Below, in pieces: positions 27,500 to 37,140 of a stretch of DNA of 64,000 nt. The number at the start of each line of letters is the position of its first letter. Position 1 is the stretch's first letter. The notes beneath the pieces are model-generated. The model was not told where the DNA came from and ran no database searches. It saw only the letters and a program-made list of their open reading frames with translations. The position numbers and the translations under genes were made by a program. Source of the DNA: Phycisphaerae bacterium. Its GTDB lineage: Bacteria > Planctomycetota > Phycisphaerae > Phycisphaerales > UBA1924. The stretch lies in the NCBI GenBank assembly GCA_016794925.1, contig JAEUIW010000014.1:214-64213 (forward strand). Reading direction: 5' to 3'.

Positions 27500-28150
27500 A
27501 TGCGCACCGTTTGTTTGTTCGCACCCCTCGCCGTCACGCTTTCCATCGCCGGAGCGGCGACCGCCGACTCCGTGAACATCGCTTCCAATTCGCAGGCGAG
27601 CACCGAAAAACTCGGTGCCTATTCCGGCTCCATCACCTATTCGGCGCTGACCGCTTCGACGGGCACGCTGGTCTTCTCGCTCACCAACACGACCTCCCCG
27701 GCACTGGGCGGCTTCATCACCGGATTCGTGTTCGACCTGAATTCGGCCGCCGCTAACGCGAACGTCGTGCTCAGCGCCGCCTCGCACGGGACACTCACCA
27801 ACGCCGCGAATCAGAACGCCGCGCCCTTCGGCAGCTACGAACTTGGTGCGGCGATCGGCGGTAGCTTCCTGGGTGGCGGCAATCCCACCAGCGGCATCGC
27901 CGTGGGCGCGACGGGCACGTTCTCGTTCAACGTCACGGCTTCCGACGCCGGCGCGCTCAACGCTCACTCGTTCCTGAACGCCTCGCGGACCTACCCGATG
28001 GTGGTCCGGTTCCGCGGGTTTGCAAACGGCGGATCGGACAAGGTTCCCGGGCAGGAGAACGCCCCCGAGAATATCCCGCTGCCTTCGGCGGCCGCGATCG
28101 GCCTGGCGGGCCTCGGCGTGATCGCGTCGCCGCGCCGCCGCCGCGCCTGA
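27500..28150 (+). CDS. secreted protein with PEP-CTERM-like C-terminal sorting tail
   Basis: Signal MRTVCLFAPLAVTLSIAGAATA. C-terminus IPLPSAAAIGLAGLGVIASPRRRRA (Pro-x-Pro, TM helix, Arg cluster). Confidence 0.7.
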   Translation: MRTVCLFAPLAVTLSIAGAATADSVNIASNSQASTEKLGAYSGSITYSALTASTGTLVFSLTNTTSPALGGFITGFVFDLNSAAANANVVLSAASHGTLTNAANQNAAPFGSYELGAAIGGSFLGGGNPTSGIAVGATGTFSFNVTASDAGALNAHSFLNASRTYPMVVRFRGFANGGSDKVPGQENAPENIPLPSAAAIGLAGLGVIASPRRRRA

Positions 28151-28178
28151 GTTCGGAAAACCAACTGAGCCCAGACAG

Positions 28179-28211
28179 GTACACCTTCTGTGGGGGTGTG
28201 CTTGTTTTTTT
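28179..28211 (+). terminator. rho-independent terminator
   Basis: GTACACC-N9-GGTGTGC stem (7 bp, one G-U) followed by TTGTTTTTTT, 29 nt after the stop at 28150. Confidence 0.65.
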
Positions 28212-28289
28212 GCGCCCTCCGTGCCTCCGCGCACGATGCAAGGGACAAAACTCGCCCCGTTCGACCCCGAACGATAGAGTCGAGGCAAC

Positions 28290-29147
28290 ATGAACCAGAA
28301 CCCGTACGAGTTTCGGGGCAATCTTGGCGCATCGGGGTCAACCATGGATCCCGACTGGCTTCCCCAGACGCCCGAGCGAACCAGTCTGTTGGCGATTTTT
28401 TCGCTGGTCCTCGCATTGATCTGCTTCCTCCCCGGCCCGGGGGTGTTGGCGGCGATCCTGGGATCGGCCTCGTTGTTCGCGATCACGTCCGCGAAAGGCC
28501 GGCTCGGGGGCAAGGGGCTGGCCGCGACCGGCATCGTGGTAGGCCTGCTCGCGACCGTGCTGTGGGTGGGGCTGGCGATCGGAGCCGTGCAGTTCTGGCG
28601 GATGACGCAGAAGCAGTTCCTCGCTCCGGCCAACGAGATCATCCTGGCCATCGAATCATCGAACCCCGACGTGGTCGCGAAGAACTTCTCGCCCGACATG
28701 CAGCCGCAGGTCGCGTCGTACATCGGCGCGTTCCGCGACTCGTACAAAGACGAGCTGGGCAAGTTCCAGGGCATCCCGCAGGAATTCTGGGACGTGATCC
28801 AGTCCACGGGTCGAGCGTTCTCGGCGCCGCAGCAGAACGGGCGGCACGCATCGCAGGAACAGATGCAGAACACCGTGCCCTTCCCGGGCAAGTTCGAGAA
28901 GGGCACCGCTCTCGTGCTGATCGAACTGGACGTGACGCGGGGCCCATCGAACACGGGGCGCGGCTTCCCGTACTTCCGCAACATCGGCATCATGACGCCG
29001 ACCGGAAAGTTCACATGGCTGTTCCCGCGCGTCGGCCACACGCCCCCTCCCCCGAACCCGACCCCGACGCCCGCCGCCCCCGATGCCCCCACCCCGGCGA
29101 CGCCCGGCGGGGAGCCCGCTCCCGATCCGGCCAAGGGCCCGGGTTGA
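28290..29147 (+). CDS. hypothetical membrane protein (DUF4190-like N-terminal TM pair)
   Basis: Two TM helices (LLAIFSLVLALICFLPGPGVLAAILG / GLAATGIVVGLLATVLWVGLAIG). Soluble domain and Pro-rich tail. Confidence 0.6.
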   Translation: MNQNPYEFRGNLGASGSTMDPDWLPQTPERTSLLAIFSLVLALICFLPGPGVLAAILGSASLFAITSAKGRLGGKGLAATGIVVGLLATVLWVGLAIGAVQFWRMTQKQFLAPANEIILAIESSNPDVVAKNFSPDMQPQVASYIGAFRDSYKDELGKFQGIPQEFWDVIQSTGRAFSAPQQNGRHASQEQMQNTVPFPGKFEKGTALVLIELDVTRGPSNTGRGFPYFRNIGIMTPTGKFTWLFPRVGHTPPPPNPTPTPAAPDAPTPATPGGEPAPDPAKGPG

Positions 29148-29171
29148 AGCACGCGCACGCACGGATCCGCA

Positions 29172-29675
29172 TCACGCTTGGCGCGCGTAAATGACGAGGC
29201 GGTGCCCCTCGGGTACGAGGCCTCGTTCGCGGCAGATTCGGTCCCGGATGCCCGCCAATTCGGGCACCTCCAGCGTGACCACGGCGCGCGTGTCCAGCCG
29301 CACGATCACGCCGCTCGTGCGACGCCCGTACGCGACCTGATAGAACGACTGGTCCGTGTCGAGCGGGACTCGCTGCACGATCCCGGCCTCCTCGAGCAGC
29401 TTGATGGTGCGGTAGACCGTGGCCTTGGAGGCTCGCGCTCGTCCGGAACCCCCCGTGCCGTTCCGGAACGCGTCGATGATCGATTCGGCCTCGAACACGT
29501 CATCACGCCGGATGATCGCGTCCAGGATGCGGGCCCGCTCGGGGGTGTACTTAAGCCCCTCGGAACGGAGTTTGCGGCGGAACACGGCGCACAGCGGCTC
29601 AACGATCGAGAGCTCCGCACCGCCCTCCTCGGAGCCCGCGCCGACGGGTTCGTGCTCGATCGGCCTGAGGTCCAT
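29172..29675 (-). CDS. Fur family transcriptional regulator
   Basis: LKYTPERARILDAI...ATVYRTIKLLEEAGIV winged-helix signature of the Fur family. Confidence 0.75.
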   Translation of the reverse strand: MDLRPIEHEPVGAGSEEGGAELSIVEPLCAVFRRKLRSEGLKYTPERARILDAIIRRDDVFEAESIIDAFRNGTGGSGRARASKATVYRTIKLLEEAGIVQRVPLDTDQSFYQVAYGRRTSGVIVRLDTRAVVTLEVPELAGIRDRICRERGLVPEGHRLVIYARQA

Positions 29676-29718
29676 GGCCTGATCCTACGGCCGGAGCGAG
29701 TCGGTTAGACTCGGCGCG

Positions 29719-31911
29719 ATGAGCCCCCCCAGCGCCGAAACCTCGCGTCAGTCGGTGAGGATCGCGGCATGGCTGGGCCGCCCCGCTGCGCCGGTCGTGG
29801 CGCTGCTCGGGTGCCTGCTGATCGTCTCGTGCGTGGGCGTGGACCCCGTGTGGGCCGGACCCCTGGCGCTGCTGGAACGATTGCCCCGGGCGCTGGTGCC
29901 GCCGCTGCTCTACCTGGTCGCCGCGTCGGGATGGGGCCGCCCGCTGACCCGTTGGCTGCTGCGTCCGGTTCCGAGCGCGAACGAACCCGCCCAACACGCG
30001 GATGCGCCGGCGCCGTCCTTCGCGCTCCAGCTCGCGGTCGGCTTGGCCGCGTTGCTGACGCTCTCGCACCTGGCGGGGTGGCTCGGGCTGCTCGCCGGAG
30101 ACATGGGCCGATTGGTCGGGCCCGGTCTGCTGGTCGCGGGCCTGGTGATGCTGGCCGTGCGTCCGCGGGGAGTGCGGACCGACGGAGCCGCCTCCCGGAC
30201 GCCCGAGTCCGGCGGGAGCGCGTGGATATTGCTGTCCGCACCGGCGATCGCAACCATGCTCGTGGCCGCGTGCAGCCCGCCCGGATGGCTGTGGGGGAGC
30301 GAGTTCGGCGGCTTCGATTCGTTGTCATACCACCTCCAGCTGCCGCAGGAGTGGTTCCGGGATGGGGGCGTGCGCGCGTACCCGCACAACGTGTACGCGT
30401 ACCTGCCGTCGTACGTCGAGGCGGCGTACCTGCACCTGGGATCGCTGACGGGGCTGGCGTGGCCGAGCGCGCCGGGTCAGCCGAGCGGGCTGCTCGCCAA
30501 CGAGGGACTCGGGCTCGCATCGTGCCAGTTGCTGCACGCGGGCATGGCCCTGCTCACCGCGGCGCTGATCCACGACCTCGTGCGCGCGATCCAGCCCCGA
30601 GGACCGATCGCCGCGGCGCGCCTGGCCGCCTCGGCGTTTCTGGCCACGCCGTGGGTTGTCGTCGTCGGCTCGCTGTCGTACAACGAGATGGCGATGACGG
30701 CGATGTTCGCCGCCTCGCTCCGGGTGGCCCTCGACGCCAGCGGCCTGATCCACGCGCCGGCGCGACGCGGCGCCGCGCTGGGGCTGCTCATCGGGGCCGC
30801 CGTGGCCGCCAAGCCCACCTCCGCGTTCTTCGTGACGCCCGCGGTGCTGCTGGCGGCCGCGGCGGGAACCGGCAGGGCCGGGCTGACCTCGCTCTGGCGG
30901 GCCGCACCGGCGGCGGCTTCCGCCGTGTACGTCGTCTCGCTGCCCTGGCTGATCCGGAACCACCTCGCGGGAGGGAACCCGCTCTTCCCGGCGGGCGCGG
31001 CCGTCTTCGGACCGGCCCACTGGTCGCCCGATCAATTCGTCCGGTTCCGCGCCGGGCACAGCTTCAACGGCGGGCTGTTCGAACGCCTGTCGCTGCTCCT
31101 CTCGTCCGAGCGCGGCGCGGCGCACCGACAGTGGTTCTCGCTCTTCCCGCTGGCGCTGGCCCTGACCATCCCGGCCCTGCTGGACCGCGCGACCCGCCGC
31201 CACGCGGCGATCACGCTCGGCGGCGCGGCGCTCATCGCGCTGGCGTGGATGTTCCTGACGCACCTGCAATCGAGATTCCTGCTGGCCGCGGCGGTCCCGC
31301 TGAGCACGCTCGTCGGTCTTGGAGCCGGCGCCGGGAATCGCTCCGGCTCGGACCCGGGACGCGCGATGCGGGCATGGACGCCGCTCGCGGCCCTGGGCGT
31401 GGCGTCATTGACGGCCGCCTCGCTCTGGGTGTATTCGCACGAGCGCGGCGGTCAGCCGGGCCTCGCCCTGGCCGCGGGCGGGGCCGCCTTCACCGGCGAG
31501 GCGTGGCGCGACCGCCCGGGCATCGAATCGCTGCGGCCGGAACAACGCCGCGACGTTCTGGCCGGCGCCTCCCCGACGGTGTACTGCAATCTGACGCTCG
31601 GCGGAGGCGACCGGTTGTACCTGATGGGCGACTCGACGCCGCTGTACCACCTCACTCCTGTCCAGTACCACACGACCTGGGATCGCCCGCCCATCGCGGA
31701 TCCGGATCCCTCACGCTGGCGCGAATCGCTGCGGTCGCGCGGCGTTTCTCACGTGCTCGTGAACCTCTCCGAGATCGCGCGCCTGACCCGCGACGGCTGG
31801 TACGACCCGAGCCTCACGCCCGAACGCGTCTCGCGATGGCTTGACCTGGAGAAGAACGCGATCGAGCGCGCGTGGCCCGAATCGGGCACGGTGCTGGTCC
31901 GGCTGCGGTAG
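29719..31911 (+). CDS. large polytopic membrane protein (possible GT-C-type glycosyltransferase)
   Basis: More than 10 hydrophobic segments over about 500 aa, followed by a soluble C-terminal domain. The functional call is only by architectural resemblance to ArnT/PMT-like enzymes. Confidence 0.6.
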   Translation: MSPPSAETSRQSVRIAAWLGRPAAPVVALLGCLLIVSCVGVDPVWAGPLALLERLPRALVPPLLYLVAASGWGRPLTRWLLRPVPSANEPAQHADAPAPSFALQLAVGLAALLTLSHLAGWLGLLAGDMGRLVGPGLLVAGLVMLAVRPRGVRTDGAASRTPESGGSAWILLSAPAIATMLVAACSPPGWLWGSEFGGFDSLSYHLQLPQEWFRDGGVRAYPHNVYAYLPSYVEAAYLHLGSLTGLAWPSAPGQPSGLLANEGLGLASCQLLHAGMALLTAALIHDLVRAIQPRGPIAAARLAASAFLATPWVVVVGSLSYNEMAMTAMFAASLRVALDASGLIHAPARRGAALGLLIGAAVAAKPTSAFFVTPAVLLAAAAGTGRAGLTSLWRAAPAAASAVYVVSLPWLIRNHLAGGNPLFPAGAAVFGPAHWSPDQFVRFRAGHSFNGGLFERLSLLLSSERGAAHRQWFSLFPLALALTIPALLDRATRRHAAITLGGAALIALAWMFLTHLQSRFLLAAAVPLSTLVGLGAGAGNRSGSDPGRAMRAWTPLAALGVASLTAASLWVYSHERGGQPGLALAAGGAAFTGEAWRDRPGIESLRPEQRRDVLAGASPTVYCNLTLGGGDRLYLMGDSTPLYHLTPVQYHTTWDRPPIADPDPSRWRESLRSRGVSHVLVNLSEIARLTRDGWYDPSLTPERVSRWLDLEKNAIERAWPESGTVLVRLR

Positions 31912-31922
31912 GCCGGCCACGC

Positions 31923-32798
31923 TCAGCCCGGCGTCGAGCGCATGTAGAAGTGGACGGCGCTGTGCCGGTACCGGTGGGTCTCGGGCCCCTTCGCGCCGGG
32001 TATCGACAGATCGGCGAACGACCCCGGCGCCGGGGCGGCCGACGACGCGCCCGGATCGGGATCGGCCGCATCCGGCGTCCGTTCCGTTTCCGAGGCCGCG
32101 TCGTGTTCGCCCGGATCGATGTCCTCGAGTTGCTCGGGGGTGAACCACCGGCCGCCCCTGAACGCGTCAGGGGGCACGCCGCGTTCGACGACGCGCTGGT
32201 CCTCGCGCTCCCAGTCGCGCAGCGACCACCGGCCGGGTGGCCGTTTCCGTCCGCTCGGGCGAGGCTCGCGCGCGGGGGGCGCGCCGGGCGCGAGTTCTTC
32301 CGAGGGCTGGCCCATCAGGAAGAACGGCCACGGCGTGCGCAGCATCAGAAACCCATCCGGCGCCAGGCGCGGGACGATCCGCTCCAGCGCGCTCACCACC
32401 CGCCTCCAGCCGGACGCCTCGGCCACCAGCGGGTACGGCGGATCGAAGAACACCAAGTCGGCCCGTTCCGGACACCGCGCCAGGGCCCCGGGGCCGAGCG
32501 CATCACCGCGGAAGATCTCGCACCGGTCGCCGCACCCGAGCATCTCGACGTTGCGCTCGATGGCCTCCAGCGCGCCCCGGTCCTTCTCGACGAAGACGCA
32601 CGACGCGGCGCCACGGCTGATCGCCTCCAGGCCGATCTGCCCGGACCCCGCGAAGGCGTCCAGCACCCGCGCGCCCTCGACGCGCGCGCCGAGCATCGAG
32701 AACAGCGACTCCTTCACGCGGTCCGGCATCGGACGCGTCGTCATGCCGCGCGGGCTGTGCAGGGGCCTTCGACGGAACTCGCCGGCGATGATCCGCAT
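31923..32798 (-). CDS. rsmD: 16S rRNA (guanine966-N2)-methyltransferase with ~100-aa low-complexity insertion
   Basis: MRIIAGEFRRRPL..P.....RP..DRVKESLFSML, VLDAFAGSGQIGLEAISRGA, FFDPPY. C-terminal ..YRHSAVHFY. Acidic/Pro-rich insertion before the last strand. Confidence 0.8.
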   Translation of the reverse strand: MRIIAGEFRRRPLHSPRGMTTRPMPDRVKESLFSMLGARVEGARVLDAFAGSGQIGLEAISRGAASCVFVEKDRGALEAIERNVEMLGCGDRCEIFRGDALGPGALARCPERADLVFFDPPYPLVAEASGWRRVVSALERIVPRLAPDGFLMLRTPWPFFLMGQPSEELAPGAPPAREPRPSGRKRPPGRWSLRDWEREDQRVVERGVPPDAFRGGRWFTPEQLEDIDPGEHDAASETERTPDAADPDPGASSAAPAPGSFADLSIPGAKGPETHRYRHSAVHFYMRSTPG

Positions 32799-32842
32799 GG
32801 GACCCCACCTAAGCCCCGCCGCGCGCGAGAGTCAACGCGCGC

Positions 32843-33478
32843 TCAATCGGGAACACGGAAGAAGCAGAACCGGGGGGCCTCGATCCCCGACACCACCTGC
32901 CAGAACGGGACCTCGGCCCCCTCGCGCAGCCAGGCGCGAAACTGGCCGCGCTCGTCATCCGCGTAGGCCGCCAGTGCGGCACCGCCCGCGAACACGGCTC
33001 GGTGCAGCAGCAGCACGTCCTCGGAGGCGTACTCGGCCTCCGCCGCCACGCCCGCGATGGCATCCACCAGACGACCGAACAGCACCTTGTCCCGACGCAG
33101 CAAGATATCCGCGTCCGACCAAAGGTAATACCGGCGCTTGAGCGAGGCCGGATCGGCGTCCGCGTGCCGGCGCCGAAGAGTCTCCAGCACACCCGACGGA
33201 CCGTCCAGCCGCGGCTCAAGGGCCCGCCCAGGGAGAGCGCGACCCAGTTCCTCGCAGAACGAGTTCAGGTCCGTCACCCGATCGCCGTGCAGCACGCACA
33301 CCTGCGTGTCGGCGAGCTTCTCGAGATACTCGCCAACGCCCGCGATGAACCGCCCCCCGGCAAGAGAGTCCGGGGAGAGCGCGACGACGTGGCTCTCGTC
33401 CAGCACTTCCCCTATTTGCCGGGGCATGACGCTGATTTCCTGGATGCAGCGAGAGAATGGAAGCACCGAGATGGGCAT
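32843..33478 (-). CDS. hypothetical protein
   Basis: Balanced composition from MPISVLPF (alternative ATG at 33427). No secure family assignment. Confidence 0.45.
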   Translation of the reverse strand: MPISVLPFSRCIQEISVMPRQIGEVLDESHVVALSPDSLAGGRFIAGVGEYLEKLADTQVCVLHGDRVTDLNSFCEELGRALPGRALEPRLDGPSGVLETLRRRHADADPASLKRRYYLWSDADILLRRDKVLFGRLVDAIAGVAAEAEYASEDVLLLHRAVFAGGAALAAYADDERGQFRAWLREGAEVPFWQVVSGIEAPRFCFFRVPD

Positions 33479-33742
33479 TTCAGACTCCAGCGGGTCGAGC
33501 GCACCCCGACCCTGCTCGGCAGGGCCGCGCTCCAGCCCGTCCCTCTCCCGTCCATCCCTACGCCTTGCGCCGATCGATCGGCCCACGAACCCACGATCGA
33601 TCCGCCCGGCAGCACAAAGAGTGCCCCAGATTCCCGCCGGAATCCAGTGCGCGAATGTTATCGGCCTTTCTTGTCTTGAATCAACCGAATTGCGGGTTAC
33701 CGGAACGACCCCAATAACCCGGCTTCTCTCTGGCGCACTTCG

Positions 33743-34483
33743 TTATCGCCAGTCGAGCCGACGTCGGCTGGTGCCGGTCAGCACGTTGTATCCCACCGCC
33801 ATGCCACGCCCGGTAATGACCGTTCGAGAGTCCGGTGTAACCACCCAGATCGGCTTGGCGAGTGGACCGTCGGGATCGACCTGGGCGACCTCAACGCGAA
33901 CGTCGCCGCGATCGATGACCACTTCGGTCCCGGAACGACCCTCGCTGTCCTGGCCGAGCTGCACCTTGACACGGCTCAGACGCATGACGCGCAGCGTGAC
34001 GTTGTCGGCGAGTTGAACCGCGACCTCGGACCCGCGACCCGTGCGCAGATCGGTCGGACCGGTGACGCTCTCGCCCCCCCGCACGGCCTGCCACGCGGCG
34101 CCGGCGCCGGACCATTCGGCTCGCCCCAGCGCGCTGTTGACCGAGGCCCGGAGCACCGCGGGCGCGGGACGCGGGGCGCCGCGCGGCGCATCCACGCCCG
34201 CGGGCAAATTGCCGGACCGCTTCGAACCCGGCACGGGGACGGCCGCTGGCACGGGAGCGGGGCGGGCGGGCGCAGGGGCCATGCTCTCGGGGACCATCGA
34301 ACCCGGGCGGGCGCGGCGCGCGTCGCCGGTGAGATCGAAGACCGCCTTGCGCGGCGCCTTGCGGGCCGAATCGGGCGGCTCTGCGGGCTGGGCCCGTGCC
34401 GAAGTCGCGAGGAGGCTTGTTGCCCCGGCGACGAGCACGAACGCCGCGCCGCGGATCCATCCATGTTGCACGGTCCAGGCCAT
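33743..34483 (-). CDS. secreted protein with FecR-like C-terminal domain
   Basis: Start MAWTVQHGWIRGAAFVLVAGATSLLATSARA (signal). C-terminal L.TG.GS.V.V.L.D...L.V...S.V.V pattern resembles the FecR domain. Confidence 0.5.
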   Translation of the reverse strand: MAWTVQHGWIRGAAFVLVAGATSLLATSARAQPAEPPDSARKAPRKAVFDLTGDARRARPGSMVPESMAPAPARPAPVPAAVPVPGSKRSGNLPAGVDAPRGAPRPAPAVLRASVNSALGRAEWSGAGAAWQAVRGGESVTGPTDLRTGRGSEVAVQLADNVTLRVMRLSRVKVQLGQDSEGRSGTEVVIDRGDVRVEVAQVDPDGPLAKPIWVVTPDSRTVITGRGMAVGYNVLTGTSRRRLDWR

Positions 34484-34508
34484 GACCAGCTCCTCGATCA
34501 AGTTCGAA

Positions 34509-35390
34509 TCAGCGTCCGGGGATGGACGGCAGCGGTTCGCCGGTGGGGCGCGGTCCGCGCGTCGCCGCCGCGCCGGCCGGGATCCGATTCGGGCGTGCCG
34601 CGACGACCAGTTCCACCTTACGCGCGCTGGCGGCCGCTGGAGGCGTGGGGGCGGCCGTCGAGAAGTCGTCGAACGATTCCTCCGGCGCCCGGCCGGCGCG
34701 AGACGGTGCGAGTTCGGCCCGTTCCGCGGCGTGCCCATCCGACGAGGGCCGCGGGCCCCGACCCGATGAACGCCCGACCGGCGCGGGCGCGACGCCGCCG
34801 GCCGCGCCGACCCCCATCATGTCGTGCACGCTGAGCATGAGCGCGAGCAGTTGCGGGCCCGAGAGCGTCTGCCCGGGCGCGAAGGACGCGGGAATGGCAT
34901 CGAGCTCCTGGGCTCGTCGCGTCGCGCTCTCTTCGTCCCGCGCGGACGAATCGCCGAGCAGCCGAACCATGATCTTGGCCGCCTCGCCGACCGTGGCCGC
35001 CTCCCGTCCCGGGCGGTCGAAACGGTCCCGCAGCCAGCCGCGCCGGCGGGCCTCGGCCACCCGCAGGCCGTAGGTCCCGGGGCTCTTGCCCGTGCCCACG
35101 AGCAGCATGGCGTGCAGCACATCGTCATGGCTGGCGACATCGCGCCCGGCCAGCTCCTCATAGAAATCCAGTTCCTGCGAATCGGAATCGGGGTACATCT
35201 CCGCCGCGGCAACCCAGACCTGGCCGGAGCCGTCGGCGGACGCGACGGGGCGACGGTCAAGGGAGCGGGGCGCCTCGGTCGGTGCATCGCCCAAGGAGGC
35301 CCCGCCGCCGGACTGGCAGCCGGTGCACGCGAACGCGCCGCACGCCACGCTCAGACCGATCAGACCCTGAATGAACTTTCGTTGTGCCAT
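34509..35390 (-). CDS. hypothetical lipoprotein
   Basis: MAQRKFIQGLIGLSVACGAFACTGC signal plus lipobox. Confidence 0.55.
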   Translation of the reverse strand: MAQRKFIQGLIGLSVACGAFACTGCQSGGGASLGDAPTEAPRSLDRRPVASADGSGQVWVAAAEMYPDSDSQELDFYEELAGRDVASHDDVLHAMLLVGTGKSPGTYGLRVAEARRRGWLRDRFDRPGREAATVGEAAKIMVRLLGDSSARDEESATRRAQELDAIPASFAPGQTLSGPQLLALMLSVHDMMGVGAAGGVAPAPVGRSSGRGPRPSSDGHAAERAELAPSRAGRAPEESFDDFSTAAPTPPAAASARKVELVVAARPNRIPAGAAATRGPRPTGEPLPSIPGR

Positions 35391-35427
35391 TGCGTTCGTC
35401 CTTGCGGCGGGCCCTCGGCCGCCGGGT

Positions 35428-37140
35428 TCAGCCGCGCGGCCGGGTGACTCCCAGTTCTTCTTCCGCTATATCGGCCTCTTCCACGTCCCCCACGCGAGAA
35501 GTGGCCCCGCCCGGGCGGGCCGCGGTGCGGACCACGATCCTCGGCCCGACGTCACCGGTGCCCGGCAAGATCCCCGCTCCGGCGGGGCGACGTTTCTCTC
35601 CCGAGCCGGCCACGGCCGACCGCTCGTGCGTGGCGGCCTGCCGGCCGTCCTGGGTGCTGGAGTAGACCATGCCGATGGTCGTCTCCGGCTCGTCGAGCAG
35701 GAGACGGTTCACCAGTTCGACGCCCTGCATCAGGGTGTGGTCGGTGTTGCTCACCTCATACTTCCACATGCCGAAACGGCCCCGGCTGTAGATGTCGCGG
35801 GCCTCGAGCCACGGCACGACCGTGCTGAGCACGTCGTCCCGGTCCACGCTCGGCGTGGGGTAGGAGTAGTCGGCGTAGTAGCACCAGCGACTGACGATGT
35901 TCGCCCGTTCGCCGGGCTCGAGCAGGCCGGCGTTCTCGAGCCCGGTGACGCACGCCTCGACGACGGCGTCCACATCCCGACCCTCACGGCCGGGCGTGGG
36001 CTTGTACGCGCTCTCGCTCACCTCGCACAGCAGCGAGTAATAGTTGTCCTTGTCCGGCGTCATGTGCGGCGAGTAGTTGCTCAGGTACGTCACGCGGTAG
36101 AACGGGCAGTTGGCCTCGGGGAAGTACATCCAGCTCTTGGTGTCGGGCGTGCCCGCGCCCGGGGCGCGGCTGCGGAGCCCGATGCCCACCATGTACCCGC
36201 TGCTGTGCAGCAGCCGGGACGCGGCACGCCGGATCTCGTCGGGCACCCCGCCCCGCAGCACCTCGCGCGTCAGCACGTCCAGCGGCATGGCGCTGATGAG
36301 CACGTCGTACGGCTCGACCGACCCGTCCGCGAAGCGAACCGCCTTGGCGTCCACGTCGATCGACTCCACCCGCGCGTTCAGGTGAAGGTGACCGCCGTCC
36401 TTCGCGTGCCCCAGCACCCGATCGAACCGGGCGTAGAACTCCCCCGTGCCGCCCCGCAGCGGGAACTTGAACTGGTTGTTCGGCCCCCACCCGAAGTCGT
36501 CGCTGCCGAGCATCACGTTCTTCAACGCCCGGTCGATGTCGATCACCGCCACCCGCTCCCCGATCCAATGCTTGTTCATCATCTCGGGTTCGTGAGCCCA
36601 GACCTTGAAGTTGTACGGCCGCATGAAGTGACGCGCGATCCCCTCGCCGAACACCGCGTCGATGAACTCGCCGAAGTTCGCCGCCGCGGCCGCCGAGGCC
36701 ACCTTGCCCCGGCCCGTCTGCGCCTTGATGAGCCCGCTCAGGCATTCGTACGCGACCGGCGCGGGCAGGTAGCGGATGTTGTTCTGGAACGGGTACGGCA
36801 CCCAGCGGTCGAACATCCGCACCCAGCTCTCGCGGTTGTTGAGCGTGAACTCGTCGCCCATGAGCCGATCGAAGCAGGCGTCGTAGTACGTGTAATGACT
36901 GAACATCACGTGCCCGCCGATGTCCCACGTGAACCCCCGTGGATCGACGAAGCTGTGCGCCAGCCCTCCGATGTACGGGTGCCGGTCGAAGATCGCGAAG
37001 TTCGTGTACCCCAATTCCTTCAGGCGGTACCCCGCGCCCAGGCCCGTCGGCCCGGCCCCGATGATCACGATCCGCGGCTCGGCCCCCGTGCCCGACCGGG
37101 CCGCGGACGGGTTTTTCGATCCGTTGGACGACTGGGCCAT
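35428..37140 (-). CDS. FAD-dependent UDP-galactopyranose mutase-like oxidoreductase (eukaryote-type UGM-like)
   Basis: Dinucleotide fold IVIIGAGPTGLGAGYRL. GGL..S.....GF.WD.GGH. C-terminal SRGRFGMWKYEVSNTDHTLMQGVE block typical of long (eukaryote-type) UGMs. GGAAGGGAG SD. ~90-aa low-complexity tail. Confidence 0.7.
   Translation of the reverse strand: MAQSSNGSKNPSAARSGTGAEPRIVIIGAGPTGLGAGYRLKELGYTNFAIFDRHPYIGGLAHSFVDPRGFTWDIGGHVMFSHYTYYDACFDRLMGDEFTLNNRESWVRMFDRWVPYPFQNNIRYLPAPVAYECLSGLIKAQTGRGKVASAAAAANFGEFIDAVFGEGIARHFMRPYNFKVWAHEPEMMNKHWIGERVAVIDIDRALKNVMLGSDDFGWGPNNQFKFPLRGGTGEFYARFDRVLGHAKDGGHLHLNARVESIDVDAKAVRFADGSVEPYDVLISAMPLDVLTREVLRGGVPDEIRRAASRLLHSSGYMVGIGLRSRAPGAGTPDTKSWMYFPEANCPFYRVTYLSNYSPHMTPDKDNYYSLLCEVSESAYKPTPGREGRDVDAVVEACVTGLENAGLLEPGERANIVSRWCYYADYSYPTPSVDRDDVLSTVVPWLEARDIYSRGRFGMWKYEVSNTDHTLMQGVELVNRLLLDEPETTIGMVYSSTQDGRQAATHERSAVAGSGEKRRPAGAGILPGTGDVGPRIVVRTAARPGGATSRVGDVEEADIAEEELGVTRPRG

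Noticed and set aside
32843-33478. Barstar-like immunity protein call for the hypothetical gene
   Set aside because: It has only a vague resemblance (L.G..V.DL.SF..EL..ALPG). It lacks the DAL.D.L core, and there is no adjacent RNase/toxin gene.
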